From a virus (Duplodnaviria > Heunggongvirae > Uroviricota > Caudoviricetes), in IMG/VR virus record IMGVR_UViG_3300012983_001691, positions 1-4,116 of that record: a DNA stretch of 4,116 nucleotides; one strand, 5' to 3'. A program made the position numbers and the translations under genes. This document shows, one piece after another, positions 1 through 4,116 of the stretch. How positions within the stretch are numbered: position 1 is the first letter of the stretch; every line of letters starts with the position of its first letter. The notes below the pieces were generated by a model. The model made no database searches, was not told the DNA's origin, and was given only the letters and a program-made list of their open reading frames with translations.

Positions 1-147
1 CAAAAGGCGATGTTAATCGCCCTGATCGTCATCTGTTTAACCGTCATAGTGACGGCACTGGTAACGAGGAAAGACCTCTGCGAGGTACGAATCCGAACCG
101 GCCAGACGGAGGTCGCTGTCTTCGTAGACTACGAATCTAGAGAGTAA
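1..147 (+). CDS. hokD: Hok/Gef-family small membrane toxin, 3' portion (start codon lies upstream of the window)
   Basis: Frame 1 from base 1 translates QKAMLIALIVICLTVIVTALVTRKDLCEVRIRTGQTEVAVFVDYESRE, stop TAA at 145-147. This is near-identical to my recollection of E. coli HokD/RelF (…KAMLIALIVICLTVIVTALVTRKDLCEVRIRTGQTEVAVF…), with a hydrophobic transmembrane helix then a conserved C-terminus. The ORF track misses it because it is 5'-truncated by the window edge. Confidence 0.8.
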   Translation, partial: QKAMLIALIVICLTVIVTALVTRKDLCEVRIRTGQTEVAVFVDYESRE

Positions 148-156
148 GAGTGACCA

Positions 157-178
157 GGCGGGAGAGAAATCTCCCGCC
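157..178 (+). other. GC-rich stem-loop in the hok 3' UTR (9-bp stem GGCGGGAGA/TCTCCCGCC, GAAA tetraloop)
   Basis: Perfect inverted repeat 157-165 / 170-178 around a 4-nt GAAA loop, 10 nt after the hok stop. No T-run follows, so it looks like an mRNA 3' stability or fold-back element rather than a terminator. Confidence 0.45.
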
Positions 179-207
179 ACCTCTGATGAGTCAGGCATCC
201 TCAACGC

Positions 208-245
208 ACCCGCACTTAACCAGCTTTGGCGGGTATATTTTATTT
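208..245 (+). terminator. Candidate terminator of the hok transcript
   Basis: Stem ACCCGC (208-213) / GCGGGT (229-234) followed by U-rich ATATTTTATTTG (235-246). The loop is large (15 nt), so this is only moderate. Confidence 0.35.
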
Positions 246-529
246 GTGAATATTTTTATAAAAATAATGCCCACGCACAGCATAAAACAAAAAGTATTAC
301 AGATAAAAAAGGAACGTAATGTGCAGATTTGTTGTTTTCCATATTTACTCACCTTAATATGATTAATCCTGATAGGGTTGTTATTTCAGCGGTTTTCAAA
401 TGAGATATTATGGTGATTTGGCAGATTTGCATAACATTAAAATTTAATTTGTTTAACCGCTTTTAATAATAAGCGTTGTTTTTATCCCAGCAATCTGTTG
501 TTTGGTTTTTATTCCATCAATGTGGGGGC

Positions 530-557
530 TTTACACTGGAATCAGTTTATTTATACT
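530..557 (+). promoter_or_regulatory. Candidate sigma70 promoter for the DUF1367/YbcO/Q operon
   Basis: TTTACA (530-535), 16-bp spacer, TATACT (552-557), about 58 bp upstream of the ATG at 616 in an AT-rich region. Found by eye; no scoring matrix applied. Confidence 0.3.
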
Positions 558-615
558 TTATACGTCAGCCTGAACAACTGGCATCTGCTGCACTGCGCCA
601 TCGAGAGATTGAGAA

Positions 616-1215
616 ATGGCGCATATACAACTGGTCAAACAAACCTCTTCTGGTTTACTTCTCCCGGCGACGCCGGAGAGTTGCGATTTTCTGCATCAAA
701 TCAAAATAGGTGAGTGGATACACGCAGACTTTAAGCGTGTGCGTAACTACGCATTCCACAAGCGTTTTTTCAAACTCCTGCAACTGGGATTCGATTACTG
801 GACTCCGGTCGGTGGGGCGATCACGCCTCGCGAACGAGAACTGCTGTCTGGTTTCGTGGATTACCTGTGCGAATCAGTTGGTCGGGAACACACACCAGCC
901 CTGAGTGATGCCGCAGAGCAATACCTTAACACCGTTGCGACTCGCAGAACCCGGGATACGGCCTTACTCAAGTCATTTGACGCTTTTCGCGAATGGATAA
1001 CCATTCAGGCCGGATTTTACACCGAGCATTTTTATCCGGACGGTAGCCGTGGACGCCGGGCGAAATCCATCGCTTTTGCGAATATGGACGAAACCGAGTT
1101 TCAGCAGGTTTATAAATCTGTACTGAATGTGCTGTGGAACTGGATCCTGTTCCGTAAATTTTCCTCTCCGGAGGAAGTCGAAAATGTGGTCGCACAGTTA
1201 CTGGAGTTTGCGTAA
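616..1215 (+). CDS. Phage protein of unknown function, DUF1367-like (199 aa)
   Basis: ATG at 616 preceded by a purine-rich GAGAG; the 199-codon ORF has diverse, protein-like composition. Its stop TAA (1213-1215) overlaps the next ATG (TAATG). The family assignment is by recollection of ~200-aa prophage proteins found next to DUF1364 genes and needs an HMM search. Confidence 0.8.
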   Translation: MAHIQLVKQTSSGLLLPATPESCDFLHQIKIGEWIHADFKRVRNYAFHKRFFKLLQLGFDYWTPVGGAITPRERELLSGFVDYLCESVGREHTPALSDAAEQYLNTVATRRTRDTALLKSFDAFREWITIQAGFYTEHFYPDGSRGRRAKSIAFANMDETEFQQVYKSVLNVLWNWILFRKFSSPEEVENVVAQLLEFA

Positions 1216-1505
1216 TGGTGGATTTACGTAAAGCGGCGCGGGGGCAGATGTGCACCATCAGAATTCCTGGCTACTGCAATCACAATCCCGAAACTTCTGT
1301 GCTGGCGCATTACCGACTGGCGGGGACGTGCGGAACAGCGACAAAACCACACGATATGCAGGCAGCGATTGCCTGTAGATCGTGCCACGATTTAATCGAC
1401 GGGCGGGTAAAAACCAGTGATTACACCAAAGAAGAATTACGCCTGATGCATGCAGAAGGTGTTTTTCGCACACAAGAAATCTGGAGAAAGGAGGGATATT
1501 TATGA
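1215..1505 (+). CDS. ybcO: YbcO-like protein (DUF1364), putative metal-binding nuclease-like protein (96 aa)
   Basis: ATG 1215 with GGAG at 1203-1206. The translation MVDLRKAARGQMCTIRIPGYCNHNPETSVLAHYRL…IACRSCHDLIDGR has the same length and Cys/His pattern as E. coli DLP12 YbcO as I recall it. Stop TGA (1503-1505) overlaps the next start in an ATGA arrangement. Confidence 0.8.
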   Translation: MVDLRKAARGQMCTIRIPGYCNHNPETSVLAHYRLAGTCGTATKPHDMQAAIACRSCHDLIDGRVKTSDYTKEELRLMHAEGVFRTQEIWRKEGYL

Positions 1506-2056
1506 TTTACCCAACGAATACAGGAAAAAGCGGAGAACACCTTCGTCTCACTACGCTGGAAAGTGTCTGGATTCAGGGAAAACTACGTATGTGGGGGCGC
1601 TGGTCATATATTGGTGGTGGCAGGTCAGGAAATATGTTCAATCAGTTGTTGGCATCCAAAAAATTGACGAAAACAGCCATCAATGAAGCCCTGCGCAGAA
1701 TGAAAAAAGCGGGAATAGAGAAACCTGAGCTGGAAGCGTTTTTGCGAGAGATGATCAATGGTAAGCAAAAGAGCTGGCTGGCGCATTGTACTGATGCAGA
1801 GGCGTTATGTATTGATCGGGTTATAAGTGAGGTGCTGGCAGAACACCCAGGATTGATTTGTATCCTCCGGCAACGATATGAAGGGCGGGGGATGACTAAG
1901 CGAAAAATGGCTGAATTGCTGAATGATTCACACCCTGAGTGGTGTTACGCCACGTGCCGTAATCGCATAGATGCGTGGTTGAAAATGGCAGAGTTTATGC
2001 TCTATCTGCCGATGCGTGATGCATTCTCTTCCGGGGATCTAAAAACCGTCTGTTGA
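1502..2056 (+). CDS. Late-gene antiterminator Q-like protein (184 aa)
   Basis: ATG 1502 with strong SD GGAGG (1490-1494), translationally coupled to the upstream gene. A promoter-like element and terminator lie immediately downstream, and a holin gene follows, which is the canonical position of Q. Motifs (WGRWSY…, YEGRGMTKRKMAELL…) resemble the phage 82/21-type Q family as I recall it, not the lambda Q zinc-finger type. Confidence 0.65.
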   Translation: MIYPTNTGKSGEHLRLTTLESVWIQGKLRMWGRWSYIGGGRSGNMFNQLLASKKLTKTAINEALRRMKKAGIEKPELEAFLREMINGKQKSWLAHCTDAEALCIDRVISEVLAEHPGLICILRQRYEGRGMTKRKMAELLNDSHPEWCYATCRNRIDAWLKMAEFMLYLPMRDAFSSGDLKTVC

Positions 2057-2082
2057 CTCAATCTGTTATCCGGGGCTATATT
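2053..2082 (+). promoter_or_regulatory. pR'-like late promoter overlapping the Q stop codon (candidate Q-utilisation region)
   Basis: TTGACT (2053-2058, overlapping the Q stop TGA 2054-2056), 18-bp spacer, TATATT (2077-2082). Lambda pR' also has a TTGACT -35, as I recall. A small hairpin follows in the predicted early transcript (CGCCAG 2090-2095 / CTGGCG 2102-2107). Confidence 0.5.
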
Positions 2083-2143
2083 CCTCACGCGCCAGCAAAA
2101 TCTGGCGTCGGGATTGGCGTCCTGGATAGAGACCGCGACAGAT

Positions 2144-2165
2144 ACACGCCGCGAGCGTGTTTTTT
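2144..2165 (+). terminator. tR'-like intrinsic terminator about 75 nt downstream of the late promoter
   Basis: Stem ACACGC (2144-2149) / GCGTGT (2155-2160), 5-nt loop, then TTTTT (2161-2165). With the promoter it would give a short 6S-like leader RNA unless Q-modified polymerase reads through. Confidence 0.5.
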
Positions 2166-2326
2166 ATTGTCGTATGCACGCGCACATCTGAATTATGGTG
2201 GGCTGTGTGGGGGCGGAGAGATCCGCGCCGGTCGGTTTCCCGGTTACGCCAACCCTGCACAGTTCACCACCAGACGATTGGCGTCGTCGGTGGTGAGTTA
2301 TTAAGAAACCACCAGAGGGCGTCATT

Positions 2327-2938
2327 ATGACAACTCAAATTTCTGTTGAAACTCTCTCCCCGATCACCCATAACCAGATTCCTGTTATTACCACCGAACT
2401 TTTGGCGCAGCTTTACGGCACTGAGCCGGTGCGTATTCGCCAGAATCATCATGAGAACAAAGTACGCTTCGTTGAAGGGAAACACTTTTTCAAAGTTGTT
2501 GGTAATGACCTTAAAGAATTGCGGGTAGCTTTAAACTACTCACAAAATTTGCGGGTTACTTTAAGTAACTCACAAAATTTGCAACCATCTTTAAGAGGGT
2601 TACAAATTTCCCCGAAAGCCCGCTCCCTCATACTCTGGACAGAACGCGGAGCAGCCCGTCATGCCAAAATGCTCGAAACCGATCAGGCGTGGGATGTGTT
2701 CGAAAGACTGGAAGACTGCTATTTCAGACAAAAGGATCCGTCAGCGCCAGTTTCATGCCAGAAAAGTTACGACACGCGAGTTCTCTGTTATCAGCAAGGC
2801 GGTGTCACTGTTTCCACAATTCAGTTGCGGGATGATGATATTGTTATTTCCCTTGAGTCATGGCTGGAACTGGCGAGAGCCAATGGTTGGTTTGTTGTTC
2901 GCAGAGATAAACTGGTGGAAAGGCTGATGCAGCTTTAA
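2327..2938 (+). CDS. ORF6N-domain protein (KilA-N/Bro-N-related, antirepressor-like) with unknown C-terminal domain (203 aa)
   Basis: ATG 2327 with SD GAGGG (2315-2319). The N-terminal segment …IPVITTELLAQLYGTEPVRIRQNHHENKVRFVEGKHFFKVVGNDLKEL… matches the ORF6N consensus as I recall it (LA-LYGV…RN…RFP-DF-F-LT…E), and the later …LILWTERGAARHAKML… matches the second half of that domain. Residues ~135-203 match nothing I recognise. Confidence 0.8.
   Translation: MTTQISVETLSPITHNQIPVITTELLAQLYGTEPVRIRQNHHENKVRFVEGKHFFKVVGNDLKELRVALNYSQNLRVTLSNSQNLQPSLRGLQISPKARSLILWTERGAARHAKMLETDQAWDVFERLEDCYFRQKDPSAPVSCQKSYDTRVLCYQQGGVTVSTIQLRDDDIVISLESWLELARANGWFVVRRDKLVERLMQL
2521..2610 (+). repeat. Three tandem 30-bp direct repeats inside the ORF6N-domain gene, in frame
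   Basis: Unit 1 (2521-2550) and unit 2 (2551-2580) are 25/30 identical; unit 3 (2581-2610) is degenerate but keeps the CTTTAAG and ACAAA-TT cores. They encode LRVALNYSQN / LRVTLSNSQN / LQPSLRGLQI. An inverted copy of the core (CTTAAAG) sits at 2510-2516. Confidence 0.85.
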
Positions 2939-3033
2939 AAAAGTTCTTGCAATTTTAGCCATAAACTGCTTCAATTCCAGTACGCTTCGCAAAGCTGTAT
3001 CGCGAGGCGAATCAAGCGCATGAACTTTACCAG

Positions 3034-3063
3034 AACCCGCCATTGAGCGGGTTTTGTTGTTTC
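3034..3063 (+). terminator. Intrinsic terminator downstream of the ORF6N-domain gene
   Basis: Perfect 7-bp stem AACCCGC (3034-3040) / GCGGGTT (3047-3053), 6-nt loop, then a T-rich tract TTGTTGTTT. It is + strand specific, since the complementary strand lacks a T-run. Confidence 0.65.
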
Positions 3064-3075
3064 TGGAGAACACCC

Positions 3076-3306
3076 ATGAAATTTTATGAATTATCTTCTG
3101 ATTCCCGATCTCAGGCCAAAATCACACTGGGTCAGTTCATTGTGGCTCGGGCTAACCCGGGGGTGGATGATTTTGAAAATTTGGGGCATTGCATCGCTGC
3201 CGCGTTTATTGCGATGGAGCGCTATGAAAGCGCCCCTGAGGTTGGTGAGGGGCGTAGCGGGAACGGAATACCCGTTAATGGCGATCAAAACTCACTTCTT
3301 GATTAA
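3076..3306 (+). CDS. Hypothetical small protein (76 aa), uncertain
   Basis: ATG 3076 with SD GGAG (3064-3067), directly after the terminator. The translation MKFYELSSDSRSQAKITLGQFIVARANPGVDDFENLGHCIAAAFIAMERYES… has a plausible helical core and a Gly/Pro-rich tail. No homolog recognised. Its 3' end overlaps the minus-strand gene by 15 bp. Confidence 0.3.
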   Translation: MKFYELSSDSRSQAKITLGQFIVARANPGVDDFENLGHCIAAAFIAMERYESAPEVGEGRSGNGIPVNGDQNSLLD

Positions 3307-3570
3307 ATGCCATGAGCGATCTGCCGCTTGAGTGACTAGCACCCGAGGGTTCTTTTTTATTGTCCCAGCGATGGCTACAACTTCTTCTCGGACTGCGCGA
3401 GCAGATGCGTTTTTTTCGGCTGTGTACTCAGCGTCTGGAAGATAAAACCAGTTTCCTGCTCCATCTTGAATTTCGCGAAAGTATCTTCGGGATTCCATCG
3501 CCTCATGAAGGCGAGCGTAGTCATCGGATGATGCACCCACAAGCTCAACGCGGACAGTAAAACTAGCCAT
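3292..3570 (-). CDS. Hypothetical small protein (92 aa) encoded opposite to the rest of the window
   Basis: ATG at 3570-3568 (minus) is preceded by a near-consensus SD AAAGGAGT five nt upstream. The translation MASFTVRVELVGASSDDYARLHEAMESRRYFREIQDGAGNWFYLPDAEYTAEKNASARAVREEVVAIAGTIKKNPRVLVTQAADRSWHLIKK shows alternating beta/alpha-like segments. The longer 169-aa track ORF (to 3801) starts at TTG and its extension is low-complexity, so I take the internal ATG as the start. Confidence 0.6.
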   Translation of the reverse strand: MASFTVRVELVGASSDDYARLHEAMESRRYFREIQDGAGNWFYLPDAEYTAEKNASARAVREEVVAIAGTIKKNPRVLVTQAADRSWHLIKK

Positions 3571-3664
3571 ATATACTCCTTTAATTGATATGGTTACTTT
3601 TGGCGATTTAACGATATCAAACACGAGGATATACCGCCAGAAGCTTAATCTGGTACTCCATCTG

Positions 3665-3689
3665 GCCCTGGCATGTCCCGGGGCTTTTT
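3665..3689 (+). terminator. Intrinsic terminator about 100 bp upstream of the holin start
   Basis: Stem GCCCTGG (3665-3671) / CCGGGGC (3678-3684) with one G-U pair, 6-nt loop CATGTC, then TTTTT (3685-3689). Confidence 0.5.
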
Positions 3690-3787
3690 CGTTGTTAGGC
3701 TCCGGAAACATCCTCGACTTCTTGTGAGCAAGCCAGAGAGCCTGAATCTTACATTTAGCACCATCCGAACTTTCGGAGGTGAGGCTT

Positions 3788-4116
3788 ATGAAAATGCACA
3801 ATGTCCCTCATTCCTGGCCTGACTTACTGGAACTCTTACAAAGTTGGTGGCGTGGAGACACACCGCTGGGCGCAGTGATTATGTCGATCGTTATGGCTGG
3901 TTTGCGCATCGCCTATTTTGGCGGTGGTGGTGGCTGGAAGCGAAAAACGCTCGAGATTTTGCTATGTGGTGCTCTGACGCTGACCTTTGCATCCGCTCTT
4001 GAGTATGTCGGATGGCCTAAATCGCTTTCTGTTGCCATTGGTGGTGGCGTGGGGCTGATCGGTGTCGATGCTATTCGTGGGGCTGCAATGCGAGTAATCG
4101 GTAACAAATTTGGTAG
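3788..4116 (+). CDS. Lambda-S-like holin (class I, Phage_holin_3-like), 5' portion; continues past the window end
   Basis: ATG 3788 with SD GGAGGT (3774-3779). I translated it by hand: MKMHNVPHSWPDLLELLQSWWRGDTPLGAVIMSIVMAGLRIAYFGGGGGWKRKTLEILLCGALTLTFASALEYVGWPKSLSVAIGGGVGLIGVDAIRGAAMRVIGNKFG…, with no stop before base 4116. It has a Met-Lys-Met start and hydrophobic segments laid out like lambda S (MKM…AYLRGRYNGG…IGTDSIGSLIKRF). The ORF track omits it because it is open at the 3' end. Confidence 0.75.
   Translation, partial: MKMHNVPHSWPDLLELLQSWWRGDTPLGAVIMSIVMAGLRIAYFGGGGGWKRKTLEILLCGALTLTFASALEYVGWPKSLSVAIGGGVGLIGVDAIRGAAMRVIGNKFG

Larger units (their letters stand above)
1..4116. mobile_element. 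Segment of a lambdoid prophage (hok - nin-like region - Q - late promoter - moron island - holin)
   Basis: Gene content and order (Q-like antiterminator followed by promoter/terminator module and a lambda-S-like holin; YbcO-like and DUF1367-like genes upstream) match the early-to-late junction of lambdoid prophages such as Qin and DLP12 of E. coli K-12, as I recall them. No attachment sites or integrase are visible in the window. Confidence 0.8.

Noticed and set aside
150-362. 70-aa + ORF in the AT-rich region
   Set aside because: Starts at GTG with no RBS, overlaps the hok 3' hairpin, and translates to low-complexity sequence typical of AT-rich non-coding DNA.
476-904. Three overlapping + ORFs (476-709, 498-713, 710-904) around the start of the 199-aa gene
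   Set aside because: Alternative frames of the same stretch. They lack an RBS, and the 616-1215 frame gives the long protein-like product with coupled downstream genes.
968-1473. Minus-strand ORFs 968-1258 and 1258-1473
   Set aside because: Shadow ORFs lying fully inside the coupled + strand genes. Their translations are Arg/Pro-rich and not protein-like.
1450-1686. 78-aa + ORF overlapping the Q-like gene start
   Set aside because: Out-of-frame overlap with two better-supported genes; no RBS.
2053-2304. 83-aa + ORF and 64-aa - ORF (2066-2260) in the GC-rich late leader
   Set aside because: They cover the promoter, hairpin and terminator. There is no RBS and the composition is Gly/Arg-rich, as expected from GC-rich non-coding sequence.
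2166-2326. Possible tRNA genes between Q and the first late gene, as found in Stx phages
   Set aside because: I could not assemble a cloverleaf with a paired acceptor stem and a GTTC T-loop. The region instead forms the bulged hairpin described in the findings.
2521-2610. Tandem repeats as a CRISPR array or minisatellite
   Set aside because: The units are contiguous with no spacers, there are only three, and they sit in frame inside a gene. This is not a CRISPR array.
2264-3073. ORFs 2264-2485 (-), 2346-2528 (+), 2661-2927 (+) and 2858-3073 (-)
   Set aside because: All lie inside or opposite the ORF6N-domain gene in other frames. They are shadow ORFs, and the last one also spans a terminator.
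3086-3331. Alternative small ORFs: 81-aa + ORF (3086-3331), 65-aa - ORF (3091-3288) and the TTG-initiated 87-aa version starting at 3043
   Set aside because: The minus ORF starts at TTG with no RBS and has an Arg-rich, irregular translation. The 3086 frame lacks an RBS. The 3043 start lies inside the terminator stem. Only the ATG at 3076 with GGAG is kept, at low confidence.
3360-3560. 66-aa + ORF
   Set aside because: Shadow of the minus-strand gene 3292-3570, which has the strong RBS and the protein-like translation.
3571-3801. N-terminal extension of the minus-strand ORF to the 169-aa form
   Set aside because: The extension starts at TTG, would overlap the holin start and the + strand terminator, and is low-complexity. 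The internal ATG at 3570 has a near-consensus SD.
3913-4107. 64-aa minus-strand ORF
   Set aside because: Lies opposite the holin coding region and has a Pro-rich translation; shadow ORF.

Overview
The window reads as one contiguous piece of a lambdoid (Qin/DLP12-like) enterobacterial prophage, with nearly all genes on the + strand. In order: the 3' end of a Hok-family toxin gene (1-147); a ~470-bp AT-rich stretch with no credible ORF; a translationally coupled block of DUF1367-like (616-1215), YbcO/DUF1364-like (1215-1505) and Q-like antiterminator (1502-2056) genes; a late-promoter-like element overlapping the Q stop codon, followed by a short hairpin/T-run terminator (2053-2165); an ORF6N-domain gene carrying an in-frame 30-bp tandem repeat (2327-2938); a strong intrinsic terminator (3034-3063); two small convergent ORFs (3076-3306 on +, 3292-3570 on -); another terminator (3665-3689); and the 5' part of a lambda-S-like holin with a Met-Lys-Met start (3788 to window end). 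The most interesting region is the Q-to-holin interval (about 2057-3787), the classical moron position of lambdoid phages, which here holds an ORF6N protein and uncharacterised small genes. All family assignments come from reading the translations and from memory of protein families; no database search was run. No tRNA, rRNA, CRISPR array or transposase was found.
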